Origin: a virus
IMG/VR virus record: IMGVR_UViG_3300027861_000010
DNA length: 64,000 nucleotides
Strand: one strand, 5' to 3'
The position numbers were made by a program, and so were the translations under genes. Below the pieces are notes generated by a model. The model did not search any database. It was given only the letters and a program-made list of their open reading frames with translations, and was not told the DNA's origin. Positions 45,855 through 55,971 of this stretch are shown in pieces (within the stretch, counting starts at the first letter, position 1; every line of letters begins with the position of its first letter).

Positions 45855-48800
45855 ATGGAACCGCTCACGCCAAATCTGCTTGAGCCTTCGACTCCATCTT
45901 TGCTGTCCTCGGCTCCTATCTCTCCACCAAGTCCTCTGCCTGCTCAGCAGCCAGAGGATGATTTTCGTGAATTCGGTGATACCGACAAGACGCGGTCGAG
46001 CATTTACCAACGAGTGCTCCAGGCGGCTCAGTCAATTGAGCCAATTACCAATGAGCGTCACACTCTGCGATTGACCGGGGTCGACTATCAAGACCCCGAT
46101 CGCGTCAGTAAGCGAGATCAGAAAGCCGCTATCCTGGGCGGGTTAAGTCGAGGCCGGAGGCTCCGAGGAACTTGGGAGCTGATGGATAACGCCACAGGTC
46201 AGGTGCTGGATCAGAAGAAGTCCGTATTGATGACCGTGCCTCACATGACGGAACGAGGTACCTTTATCAACAAAGGGACTGAGTACACGTTGAAGAACCA
46301 GCAACGATTGCTTCCAGGAGTGTATACGCGAGTCCGTGACAACGGTGAGATTGAGTCCCACGCCAATATCATGCCCGGCAAGGGAGTTTCGCACCGTTAT
46401 TTCCTTGACCCAGAGAAGGGTGTATTCAAGATCCGATTGGGTCAAGGCACCGTCGGACTAATGCCACTGCTCAAGGCAATGGGAGCTAAACCGGGGCAGC
46501 TTAAAGAAGCCTGGGGCCGGGACCTTTTTGCGTCAAACTACAACGCAGACGACGCCACAGAGTATAAGAAACTCAAGCAGAAGTTTCTTACAAAGAAGGA
46601 ACTCGAAGGCGAAGAGAACGAACAACGGGAAGCGTTGGTCAACAAGTTTGCCAGCATGGAGATGGATCCGCAGGTCACCAGCCGGACGCTGGGCAAGCCT
46701 CATCAAGGGCTGACACTGGACGCTGTCCTGGATATTACGAAGAAGTTGGTTGCGGTCTCTAAGAATGAGGCCGAGCCAGATGATCGAGACTCACTGACGT
46801 TCCAACAGTTTGTCGGGCCGGAAGATTTGTTCGCTGAGCGAATCAAGCGGGACAAGGGTGGCCTGCGTCGAAATCTGTTGTGGAAGATGTCTGGTAAAGG
46901 CAATCTAAAAGGGATGCCGTCCTCGGCTCTCAATAAACAACTGATGGCCGCGTTGATGACTTCAGGTCTGGGTCAGGCGATCGAAGAGATCAATCCTGCT
47001 GAACTTTATGACAAGTCGACGGCAGTTAGTCGTTTAGGGGAGGGCGGCATTCCTTCAACAGATGCGATCCCGAAAGAAGCTCGGAGTGTCCAACCAAGCA
47101 TGCTGGGCTACATCGACCCAGTGCGAACGCCAGAGTCCGGCAAGGTGGGTGTAGACACTTACTTGGCTCGAGGTGCTCGTAAGGGAAAGGACGGAAAACT
47201 CTACTCACAGTTCCGCGACGTAAAGACAGGGAAACTGCTTTACAAGTCGCCGCAGGATGTGGCGGATATGACCATTGCCTTCCCAGGCAGTATGGATCAA
47301 CGCAGCAAACGAGTTGCAGCCATGCGTAACGGGAAGATGACGTACGTGCCGAAGGATGAAGTTGATCTGGTGTTGCCTTCAATGGAGGAGGCATTTAATC
47401 CGTTGTCCAACATCATTCCTATGAAGAGTCAGGTGAAAGGGCAACGGTTGGTGATGGCGTCTCGAATGACGACGCAAGCCTTGCCGATCGTGGACGCCGA
47501 AGCTCCGTTGGTACAGTCAGCAATTCCGGACACAGATGGCAACCAAAGTTACGAAGAACTGTACTCAAACAATATGGGAGCGTTGCGGGCTCCCCAGGGT
47601 GGTGTTGTCAAAAGTGTTGATGACGACGGGATCACAGTTCGATACGAAGACGGCACCGAGGAAACTCACGATCTGTATCAGAACTTCCCGTTCAACCGAA
47701 AGACGTTCATTCACCAAACTGCAAACGTAAAGCCCGGTGATCAGTTTAAGCCAGATCAGTTGCTGGCCTATTCCAATTACACAGACAAAGGTGGAGCAAC
47801 AGCTCTCGGTAGGAACGCCAGAACCGCTTACATTGCCTGGCAGGGAAAGAACTTTGAAGACGCTGTGGTTGTCTCAGAAAGCTTTGCTCGGAAAATGTCT
47901 TCTGAGCACATGTATCAACACGACTTGGAGGTCGATGATAAGACGAAGGTTGGAAAGAAGCAGTTCATCCAACAGTTCCCAGGTAAGTTCGACAAAGCGA
48001 CACTCGCTAAGCTCGACGAGAACGGAGTCATCAAACCTGGAACTGTCGTGAACTATGGTGATCCTTTGATTCTCGGGGTTACACAGCGAGAAGCGGCCCA
48101 CAACAAGGTTCACAAGAAAGGTCAATCGGGGTTTAACGATGCAACAGTCACTTGGAATCATCACGACGCTGGCACCATTACCGATGTGGTTATGGGCAAA
48201 AAAGGGCCGACTGTCGTTGTTAAAGCATCCTCCCCAACCCAGACCGGCGACAAGCTATCAGGCCGTTACGGTGACAAAGGAGTCATTGCTGACATCATCC
48301 CAGACGGTGAAATGCCGCATAACGGTGATGGTCAGCCCTTTGAAGTGTTACTCAATCCGCTCGGAGTAATCACTCGAACCAATCCGGCTCAGATGGCTGA
48401 GTTACTTCTTGGCAAGATTGCGGCCAAACGCGGCAAGCCGATCAAAGTGCAGGACTTTGACTCCCAGAAGGACATGGCTGCCTGGGTCATGGAGGAACTG
48501 GGCCGGGAAGGCCTATCCGATCTCGAAGATGTCCTCGATCCGTCCAAGGATCAGAAGGTCAAAGGAATCGCTACGGGCAACCGGTTCTTTATGAAGCTGC
48601 ACCACACAGCTGAGTCCAAGGGACAAAGCCGCGGCGGCGGGTCTTACACGATGGAGGACACACCGGCTAAGGGAGGGTCAGAGGGTTCCAAGCGTGTCGG
48701 CATGTTGGATACCAACGCACTGTTGTCTCACGGAGCTACGGCGACTCTGCAAGACGTCAGCTCTGTACGTGGACAGAAGAATGACGAGTACTGGATGCAG

Positions 48801-50309
48801 TTCATGGCCGGGTACAACCCGAAGGCTGCGAAAGTTCCGTTGGTGTACCGGAAGTTTGTCGATCAGTTGAGGGCCGCAGGTGTCAATGTGACCAAACAGG
48901 GTACCCAGACCAACATCATGGCCCTGACGGACAAAGATATCGACGAAATGGCTGGAGATCGTAAGCTGACCTCCGCCGAAGGTGTTGATTGGGGTGAGTC
49001 TCTTAAGGAGATTCCAGGTGGTTTGTTCGATAAGGCCAAGACTGGAGGTCATGGCGGCAACAAATGGTCGTACATGCAGCTGCATGAGCCCTTGCCTAAC
49101 CCTGTAATGGAGGAACCGCTTCGGCGACTCCTCGGACTCACGAAAAAGGACTTCAATGCCGTCATTTCAGGCGAAAAGCCGTTGGGATCGCACGGAGCAG
49201 GTCCTGGAGCCCTGAAAAAGGCTCTGGAGTCGATGAATGTTGATGCAGAGATCAAGAAAACCCGAAATATCATCCAAGCTGGGCGAGCATCGGAGCGGGA
49301 TGCCGCAGTAAAGAAGCTGGGCTACCTAAAATCAGCCAAAAAGCTCGGATTGAAGCCTGAAGACTATGTTTTGAGTAAAGTTCCTGTCCTGCCGCCGATG
49401 TTTCGGCCTGTCAGCATGATGAGCAACGATATGCCGCTCATCAATGACGCGAACTTTCTTTACAAAGAGCTTTTCGAGGCTAATTCCAACCTGAAAGCAA
49501 TACAGAAGGAGCTCGGCAACGACGCGTCGGGGCAAGAGCGACTCGCAACGTACAATGCCTTCAAGGCAGTGACAGGTTTGGGCGATCCGATCCATCAGAA
49601 GACCCGAGACAAGAACGTCAAAGGTATTTTGAAGACAGTGTTCGGCTCGAGCCCCAAGTTTGGCACGCTGCAACGTAAATTGATCTCCACAACGGTCGAT
49701 AATGTCGGTCGAGCGGTGATCACACCAAATCCTGATCTCGATATGGATTCTGTTGGCCTGCCAGAGGACAAAGCGTTCAAGGCGTACGACAAGTTCATCA
49801 CCAGGCGACTGGTGCGACAAGGAATGTCACTTCGAGCAGCTCGTAACGAAGTTGCAAATAAATCGAAGCTGGCTCGGAAACTTCTGTTGGAGGAAATGGA
49901 TGAACGACCGGTCTATATCAGTCGGGCTCCAGTTCTTCACAAGTTCGGTATCATGGCTATGAAGCCTCGATTAACCAAAGGTAGCACCTTGCAGGTGAGC
50001 CCTTTGATTGTGAAAGGTTTCAACGCTGACTTCGACGGCGATGCCATGAATTACAACGTCCCAAGTACGGAGAAGGCTCGTAAGGAAGCGATCGAGCGAC
50101 TTTTGCCTTCCCGTAACTTGTTCAGTCTGTCAGACTTCAAGTCTGTGATGCATGCTCCAGCTAACGAGTATGTTGGTGGTTTGTTTCATGCAACGAAGTC
50201 AAAAAGTGACCGTCCCAAGAAGATTTTCCGAACAGCCGCGGACGCGAGGAAAGCGTACGAGCGAGGTGATATCTCTATCGACGATCGCGTTCAAATCTTA
50301 GAATCGTAA
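45855..50309 (+). CDS. rpoB/rpoC: Multisubunit RNA polymerase: beta fused to N-terminal half of beta'
   Basis: beta motifs PHMTERGTF, TPESGKVG, NFEDAVVVS, GDKLSGRYGDKG, LNPLG, MKLHH; beta' motifs PVLPP, GRAVI, RAPVLH, catalytic NADFDGD at 50022-50042. Confidence 0.95.
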   Translation: MEPLTPNLLEPSTPSLLSSAPISPPSPLPAQQPEDDFREFGDTDKTRSSIYQRVLQAAQSIEPITNERHTLRLTGVDYQDPDRVSKRDQKAAILGGLSRGRRLRGTWELMDNATGQVLDQKKSVLMTVPHMTERGTFINKGTEYTLKNQQRLLPGVYTRVRDNGEIESHANIMPGKGVSHRYFLDPEKGVFKIRLGQGTVGLMPLLKAMGAKPGQLKEAWGRDLFASNYNADDATEYKKLKQKFLTKKELEGEENEQREALVNKFASMEMDPQVTSRTLGKPHQGLTLDAVLDITKKLVAVSKNEAEPDDRDSLTFQQFVGPEDLFAERIKRDKGGLRRNLLWKMSGKGNLKGMPSSALNKQLMAALMTSGLGQAIEEINPAELYDKSTAVSRLGEGGIPSTDAIPKEARSVQPSMLGYIDPVRTPESGKVGVDTYLARGARKGKDGKLYSQFRDVKTGKLLYKSPQDVADMTIAFPGSMDQRSKRVAAMRNGKMTYVPKDEVDLVLPSMEEAFNPLSNIIPMKSQVKGQRLVMASRMTTQALPIVDAEAPLVQSAIPDTDGNQSYEELYSNNMGALRAPQGGVVKSVDDDGITVRYEDGTEETHDLYQNFPFNRKTFIHQTANVKPGDQFKPDQLLAYSNYTDKGGATALGRNARTAYIAWQGKNFEDAVVVSESFARKMSSEHMYQHDLEVDDKTKVGKKQFIQQFPGKFDKATLAKLDENGVIKPGTVVNYGDPLILGVTQREAAHNKVHKKGQSGFNDATVTWNHHDAGTITDVVMGKKGPTVVVKASSPTQTGDKLSGRYGDKGVIADIIPDGEMPHNGDGQPFEVLLNPLGVITRTNPAQMAELLLGKIAAKRGKPIKVQDFDSQKDMAAWVMEELGREGLSDLEDVLDPSKDQKVKGIATGNRFFMKLHHTAESKGQSRGGGSYTMEDTPAKGGSEGSKRVGMLDTNALLSHGATATLQDVSSVRGQKNDEYWMQFMAGYNPKAAKVPLVYRKFVDQLRAAGVNVTKQGTQTNIMALTDKDIDEMAGDRKLTSAEGVDWGESLKEIPGGLFDKAKTGGHGGNKWSYMQLHEPLPNPVMEEPLRRLLGLTKKDFNAVISGEKPLGSHGAGPGALKKALESMNVDAEIKKTRNIIQAGRASERDAAVKKLGYLKSAKKLGLKPEDYVLSKVPVLPPMFRPVSMMSNDMPLINDANFLYKELFEANSNLKAIQKELGNDASGQERLATYNAFKAVTGLGDPIHQKTRDKNVKGILKTVFGSSPKFGTLQRKLISTTVDNVGRAVITPNPDLDMDSVGLPEDKAFKAYDKFITRRLVRQGMSLRAARNEVANKSKLARKLLLEEMDERPVYISRAPVLHKFGIMAMKPRLTKGSTLQVSPLIVKGFNADFDGDAMNYNVPSTEKARKEAIERLLPSRNLFSLSDFKSVMHAPANEYVGGLFHATKSKSDRPKKIFRTAADARKAYERGDISIDDRVQILES

Positions 50310-50339
50310 CTGCTTGACGCAGATAAGGAGATCAAACAA

Positions 50340-51029
50340 ATGGGCATCAACCCAGAATTGCTGAAGCTGGCTCGCCATAATGTCGGTCAGCAAAAAGTTG
50401 CTTTCGTTCCCGCTGGTGATCCTACAATGGGTGGGGATCCTGCTGCTGGGGGTGCTCCAATGGACCCTGCCGCAGCTGGCGGTGCTCCGCCGATGGATCC
50501 AATGGCCGCAGGCGGAGCTCCACCGATGGACCCGGCTGCTGGCGGCGGTGATCCGCTTGCCGGACTTCAACCGATGATCCAACAAGCTGTTCAGCAGGCT
50601 ATGGCCGCTGGCGGCGGCGGTGGCGGCGGTGCTCCCGGCGAGGCAGCCATCAAGCCAAAGATCGACATCAACGTCGAAGTCATGCAGATGAAGAAACTGT
50701 TGGCCAAGCTGTGCGATGCGATGGGTGTTCAGATTCCAGCCGCTGAAATGGTTGCGACACCTGAAGACCTTAATCAAATGGCAGCAGGCGGTCCCGGGGC
50801 CGCGGCAGCCACTCCGGACGGCGGTGGCGGCATGCCTGGTGGAGATCCGGCAGCTGGCGGCGGAGCCATTCCGCCGATCGAACCGATGAAGGCTGCGGAA
50901 GACTGGGAAGCAGGCGTAGCGTTCACTCCGCCTGCGGCTTACGACTTCCAGAATTCACACTCGACCACAAAGAATACCGCTAACATGGCTGCGGCTATGC
51001 TCCTGCGGAATCGCACAAAGGTCTCTTAA
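50340..51029 (+). CDS. Pro/Gly/Met-rich protein with GGAPPMDP repeats
   Basis: QKVA leader; MDPAAAGGAPP repeats; one folded-looking segment KPKIDINVEVMQMKKLLAKL. Confidence 0.7.
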   Translation: MGINPELLKLARHNVGQQKVAFVPAGDPTMGGDPAAGGAPMDPAAAGGAPPMDPMAAGGAPPMDPAAGGGDPLAGLQPMIQQAVQQAMAAGGGGGGGAPGEAAIKPKIDINVEVMQMKKLLAKLCDAMGVQIPAAEMVATPEDLNQMAAGGPGAAAATPDGGGGMPGGDPAAGGGAIPPIEPMKAAEDWEAGVAFTPPAAYDFQNSHSTTKNTANMAAAMLLRNRTKVS

Positions 51030-51256
51030 TGTTCATTGTTGAGATAGTTGAAGCCATCGGGAAGCCTCCATTACGTGTGGAGGCTTCCCAAGTTGTGGTC
51101 CGTATGCCTGACGGAACGCCCGTTAGTTTGGCCGCACTTTATGGAAGCTCCGAAAGTGTCCTGGTATCGCACTGTGAGGACGAGACTTTTAATGACAACC
51201 TCCGAAAACTAGGACTGAACGATACCGTAATCTCTGAAACCCTGAAGGTGAAATAA
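51029..51256 (+). CDS. Small hypothetical protein
   Basis: TAATG overlap. Confidence 0.6.
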   Translation: MFIVEIVEAIGKPPLRVEASQVVVRMPDGTPVSLAALYGSSESVLVSHCEDETFNDNLRKLGLNDTVISETLKVK

Positions 51257-51257
51257 C

Positions 51258-51986
51258 ATGGCCGGACCACTCCGATCAGCTGACAAGGCGTACTACGCTT
51301 CAAAGCAACCCCTATTTCTTCGCGGCACTCGCGAAGGTCGAAAGAACCCTGCACCCAACCCGTCGTACAAGCAGAAAGCGAACGACGTGACCGCGTCGTC
51401 GAACAAGTATTACGCCGCAATGGAGCCAGTGGCTACTTCGGTTCAGCCTGCCGCAGGTCAGAAACTGCAGACGACGTTCGCTCCAGAAAAGGTCGCTACG
51501 CTTCAGGCAAAGGCACAGGTCTTGCCGGACGTAGTTGCTGCCTTTCAAGGTGGAGCCACAACCGTACGTATCGAAGGTGAGTCCGCAGACATCAACAAGT
51601 CACGAGCCGCGGTTGAAATGGCTGTTGGACGTAAGACGCTGACACGGGAGCAGTCTGACCGTGTTGTTTTTGTCCCGGTACAAAAGCCCGCCACTTCTAA
51701 CGAGGTGGAGGTAGTAAGTACCGAAGAAGCCCCAGCCGTTCCTGTTGAAGCGGAAGCCATTTTGAATCCACCTGCGGAAGTCACGAAAACGCCAAAGAAG
51801 AAGACGACACGTAAGAAGACGACCAGGAAGAAGAAGACCAACACTGCTGCGGATGTTCCTGCAAGTGTTCCTGCAGAAGTGCAGGAACCGGCAGCGGAAG
51901 ATGATTCAGTGACTGAAGCTGACATTGCAAGTGCATTCGGAGTCGCGGACGACTCGGATGATTTCGATGCTGACAGTGACGATTAA
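51258..51986 (+). CDS. Hypothetical protein with histone-H1-like KKTTRKK tract and acidic tail
   Basis: PKKKTTRKKTTRKKKTN; C-terminal DDSDDFDADSDD. Confidence 0.7.
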   Translation: MAGPLRSADKAYYASKQPLFLRGTREGRKNPAPNPSYKQKANDVTASSNKYYAAMEPVATSVQPAAGQKLQTTFAPEKVATLQAKAQVLPDVVAAFQGGATTVRIEGESADINKSRAAVEMAVGRKTLTREQSDRVVFVPVQKPATSNEVEVVSTEEAPAVPVEAEAILNPPAEVTKTPKKKTTRKKTTRKKKTNTAADVPASVPAEVQEPAAEDDSVTEADIASAFGVADDSDDFDADSDD

Positions 51987-51998
51987 GTGAGTTTGTGA

Positions 51999-54900
51999 AT
52001 GCTCAACACTACAGTTGGACAACTGCTGGTCAACGAGGCCCTTCCTGACGAGCTTCGCGATTACAATCGCGTGCTCGACAATAAGGGTATGCATGCACTG
52101 CTCCAACAAGTGGCTCGAGAGCATCCAGACAAGTACCGTGAAGTTTCATTCAAGTTGAATCAGGTTGGTCAACGTTCCGCCCAAGACCAGGGCGGAATGT
52201 CGTTTAGTGCTCGACACCTGAAGCGTTCGCCGTATGCGAATGAAACTCGATCACGCATTCAGGCTCAACTGGGTAAGGTACTTGACGACGATTCCTTAAC
52301 TGACGAGCAGCGAGCGGCCAAAGTTGTTCGTATTGTTGGCAAAGAGATGGAACCTCAACAGAAGGCAATTCTGGAGGAGGCCATCAAAGACAAAAATCCC
52401 CTAGCGATGCAGGTGCTATCAGGTAGCCGCGGGAAGCCAATGAACTTGGCCAGCCTGTTGGGTGCTGACATGTTGTACTCAGATCATCGCGACGAGGTAA
52501 TTCCGATTCCGGTACTTCGCAGTTACAGCGAAGGGCTGACACCTGAAGAATACTGGGCCGGAACGTACGGAGCTCGTCGCGGCATTATCGCAACGAAGTT
52601 CGCCACTCAGGAAGCTGGTTTCTTATCTAAGCAGCTCAACCAGGCTGGACACCGGCTGGTGGTGATGGATGAAGAGGGCGAGGATGACGATCGCCGCGGT
52701 ATGGTTGTCGATACGGACGACATGGATAACGAAGGGTCATTACTGGCCCGCGACATGGGACCGTACAAGCGAAATACTCCGCTGACACCGAAGATTCTCA
52801 AGCACTTAAAGCGTCTCGGTAAAAACCGGATTTTAATCCGATCACCGCTGGTTGGCGGCTCGCCGGAAGGTGGAGTCTATGCTCGGGATGTCGGTATTCG
52901 AGAGACTGGTAAGTTGCCTGGCCGCGGCGAACAGGTCGGCTTGCAAGCAGCACAGGCATTAAGTGAACCGATCAGCCAAGGCCAATTGTCGGCTAAACAC
53001 TCGGGCGGCGTTGCTGGCCAAGAGAAAGCTGTCGGCGGTTTCCAGGCAATCAACCAGCTGATCCAGGTACCCAAGAAGATGCAAGGCGGAGCCGCTCACT
53101 CAGAAAAGGACGGCATCGTCCAACGAGTGGAGAAAGCTCCGGCTGGCGGACACTACGTCACGATCAACGATAAGCAACATTACGTTGGAGAAGGTTTTGA
53201 CGTCAAAGTCAAAAAGGGCGACGAAATCGAAGCGGGCGATCTGCTGAGTAACGGCATTCCTAATCCGGCCCTGATCGTGAAGTACAAGGGCGTAGGCGAA
53301 GGTCGTCGTTACTTTGTTAATGAGTTCCGCAAGGCGATGGCCGGAGGCGGAATGCAAGGGCATCGTCGTAACATCGAGCTGCTGGCTCGCGGACTCATCA
53401 ATCACGTCAAGATGACCGACGAGACTGACGAGCATGCTCCGGACGATATTATTCCTTACTCAACATTGGAGCACACCTATAAGCCGAGAGGAGACTCTCA
53501 GTTGTTGGCTCCAAAGAAAGCCGTCGGACAATACTTAGAGCGTCCGGTATTGCACTACACCATCGGCACCAAGATCCGCCCTTCGATGTTGAAAGACTTC
53601 GAGGAGTTCGGCATCACCGACTTGCCAGTCCATAAAGAACCACCTCCGTTCCAGCCGCACATGGTTCGAGGGATGTATACACTTCAACATGACCCAGACT
53701 GGATGACCCAGATGTACGGGTCTGGACTGAAGAAGAGTCTGTTGAATTCCACTGCTCGTGGTGCAACCAGCGATGCTCGAGGAACCAGTTTTGTTTCCAG
53801 TCTGGCTGAAGGCTCTGATTTCGGTGAGGTTGCAGATCGTGCTGTGATTCAGCCGAAGCCTTCGTACGAGTTGCCTAAGATTGAGCCACCTGCTCCTGAG
53901 GAAGAAAAGCTTCCGGCTCCTGCCGCTCCGCCTACACCGTCGTTCTTCGGTGGTCGGTTCAAGACTGGTATGCATAAACAGGCTGAGGAACCCAAAGTTC
54001 CGACAGCACCAAAAACGCCAGCAACGCAATCGCTTGCTGCACCATTGGCACCGACACCTGCTCCGACTGGGGCAGGTAATATGTCGTCGAATATCATGCC
54101 TTCGTCAGGACCTACAGCTCAGGATTTCATGCCAGCACCGGGTCAGTTGGGTTCACAAGAGAATCCCAACGGCATTATGCCTCCGGATCAGTTGCAGCAG
54201 TATGCTCAGAATGCTCAACAGCAGAATGACCGCGGGATGCGGATGGTGGGTGTAGACCCGATGTCTGATCCGTTCAGAACGCAGACAACTGCGGCAACGC
54301 CTCCGCCGTCAACTCCAGCTCAAGCCCGAGCCGACCAGGTACAGCAACAACGTAGCTACGGTAGTGGCAACACTCAAACGGATATGCGGACTTTGTTCGC
54401 TCAGGCACCTTCGAGAACCTTAGCTGGTAACTCCCTGGCACGGAAGATGCGTCGAGGGGATGCTCGTACAATGGGGATCCAGGCAGCTCGACAACGTGCT
54501 CAACAGATACAGAACGAGCAAGCTGCTCGCCGGAATCTGTACCAACAGGCCCACCCACAGCGAGCTTATGACCCTATACCGGGGCCGTCAGTCGCGGGAC
54601 CATTACCTGCAGAGCAGTCACAAAGTCCCGTACCGGCAACTGGCGAGATGGGTTATGGTGACGTGGCTGGCACTTTACTTGCCGGACAACATGCCTGGAC
54701 GCAAGGCGGTAGAGTTTGGAATGCGGCGGCTAAAGGTGAAATGCTTACGCACGGTTCACAGCTAGGCAAGTCACTCAATCCTGGAGCACAGAAAGGCGTT
54801 CAGACGGTAAATCAGTTGGCCCGTACCGCAGCACACAAGACCCCAGGACTCGGACGCTTTGTTGCTGCCACAAGTGATGATGCCGCCCGGGCTGCTGGAG

Positions 54901-55886
54901 CAAGCAGCAAAGGACTCTCAAAGGCCCTTGGTCCTGCTGCTTTTGTGTTGGAAGGTGGGCTTATCGGGAAAGACATTTACGATAAGACACAAGAAGGGCA
55001 ATCGTTTGGTCGGGCCTGGAAAGAGCAGGCGGATGAGCACGGAGCTAATACTCGAGGCCTGTTTACTGACTGGGATGGCGGTGCTCACGAGATATATCAG
55101 AAACCTATTGATGTGGCGATGCATGTGCTGAGCCCGGTAGCTACTGTGCAGGAAGGAACACAATTGGCCGCCGAAGTCGGCGGCGGTCTCGGAGATATGG
55201 CCACAGGTGCGTGGAACTTCGCGTCGGATGCTGAGGGACGTAACCGGGCAGCAGCAAAAGCCGAAACCGAACAAATGATGGCTGATCGCCAGGAGGCTCT
55301 ATCAGGAGAGCAGGACCAGATCCGGTCAACGCTGGAAAATAATAAAACAATCTCGCCGATGCAGAAAGAAGAGTTACGCCAACGCTCTGCCGAGTTAGAC
55401 TTACGGAAGCAGGAAGCCCAGTTGAAAGCTGACGCGGCCACGGACGAAACAGAAGGCTGGCAGCTCGGTAAGCAACACACATTTGGTACTGGTGGACATT
55501 ACTTTCGTGACGCAATGGCCGGGACAGGGAACCGGCTTTCAGCGAAAATCGAAAAATTACAGGCTAACCAGGATAGTCTGACACCAGAACAACAGTTCGA
55601 TTTGAAGAATATGATTCGCAGGCGTGACGAGATGAAGAGGCTGGGAGACTTTTACAGTCGCGAAGTTGGCTATTTTGGTGAAGGAGATTTCACTAAAATT
55701 ATGCGAATCCGTGTGCGAAACATAAAAGTCCAGTCAGTGGAACTCGCCCGGCGACTACGCGAGCCTGCTGTAAAAGGGAACCCTCAGCTTACAATGGAGT
55801 TGGAAGCTGAGATGCGACATCAACAAACCCGCCTTGCAAACATGAAAAGCTGGGCTAGACAGGCCAAGAATCAGAAGGTCAAGTAG
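51999..55886 (+). CDS. rpoC: RNA polymerase beta' C-terminal half (aa 1-~610) fused to a ~630-aa Pro/Gln/Gly-rich extension
   Basis: TTVGQLL, SGSRG, bridge helix EGLTPEEY..GARRG..T..AGFL, trigger loop GLQAAQALSEP..Q..KHSGG; HKQA at aa 659-662 precedes the non-RNAP tail. Confidence 0.9.
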   Translation: MLNTTVGQLLVNEALPDELRDYNRVLDNKGMHALLQQVAREHPDKYREVSFKLNQVGQRSAQDQGGMSFSARHLKRSPYANETRSRIQAQLGKVLDDDSLTDEQRAAKVVRIVGKEMEPQQKAILEEAIKDKNPLAMQVLSGSRGKPMNLASLLGADMLYSDHRDEVIPIPVLRSYSEGLTPEEYWAGTYGARRGIIATKFATQEAGFLSKQLNQAGHRLVVMDEEGEDDDRRGMVVDTDDMDNEGSLLARDMGPYKRNTPLTPKILKHLKRLGKNRILIRSPLVGGSPEGGVYARDVGIRETGKLPGRGEQVGLQAAQALSEPISQGQLSAKHSGGVAGQEKAVGGFQAINQLIQVPKKMQGGAAHSEKDGIVQRVEKAPAGGHYVTINDKQHYVGEGFDVKVKKGDEIEAGDLLSNGIPNPALIVKYKGVGEGRRYFVNEFRKAMAGGGMQGHRRNIELLARGLINHVKMTDETDEHAPDDIIPYSTLEHTYKPRGDSQLLAPKKAVGQYLERPVLHYTIGTKIRPSMLKDFEEFGITDLPVHKEPPPFQPHMVRGMYTLQHDPDWMTQMYGSGLKKSLLNSTARGATSDARGTSFVSSLAEGSDFGEVADRAVIQPKPSYELPKIEPPAPEEEKLPAPAAPPTPSFFGGRFKTGMHKQAEEPKVPTAPKTPATQSLAAPLAPTPAPTGAGNMSSNIMPSSGPTAQDFMPAPGQLGSQENPNGIMPPDQLQQYAQNAQQQNDRGMRMVGVDPMSDPFRTQTTAATPPPSTPAQARADQVQQQRSYGSGNTQTDMRTLFAQAPSRTLAGNSLARKMRRGDARTMGIQAARQRAQQIQNEQAARRNLYQQAHPQRAYDPIPGPSVAGPLPAEQSQSPVPATGEMGYGDVAGTLLAGQHAWTQGGRVWNAAAKGEMLTHGSQLGKSLNPGAQKGVQTVNQLARTAAHKTPGLGRFVAATSDDAARAAGASSKGLSKALGPAAFVLEGGLIGKDIYDKTQEGQSFGRAWKEQADEHGANTRGLFTDWDGGAHEIYQKPIDVAMHVLSPVATVQEGTQLAAEVGGGLGDMATGAWNFASDAEGRNRAAAKAETEQMMADRQEALSGEQDQIRSTLENNKTISPMQKEELRQRSAELDLRKQEAQLKADAATDETEGWQLGKQHTFGTGGHYFRDAMAGTGNRLSAKIEKLQANQDSLTPEQQFDLKNMIRRRDEMKRLGDFYSREVGYFGEGDFTKIMRIRVRNIKVQSVELARRLREPAVKGNPQLTMELEAEMRHQQTRLANMKSWARQAKNQKVK

Positions 55887-55896
55887 GGTGCTTGTA

Positions 55897-55926
55897 TTGC
55901 GACATTCACACAGAACCGGCTACACT
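55897..55926 (+). promoter_or_regulatory. Possible sigma70-like promoter
   Basis: TTGCGA-N18-TACACT in intergenic DNA. Confidence 0.4.
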
Positions 55927-55971
55927 GAGTAGGCAATCAGCCCTTTTTTTGTAAGAATTTGGACGGCCACG

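Noticed and set aside
39737-55886. Inteins or introns in nrdJ or RNAP genes
   Set aside because: Conserved motifs are contiguous; no C..HN intein ends or LAGLIDADG inserts seen
55910-55923. ACAGAACCGGCTA resembles the RNase P RNA 3' motif
   Set aside because: The upstream sequence is the coding end of beta'C and no 5' RNase P motifs are present
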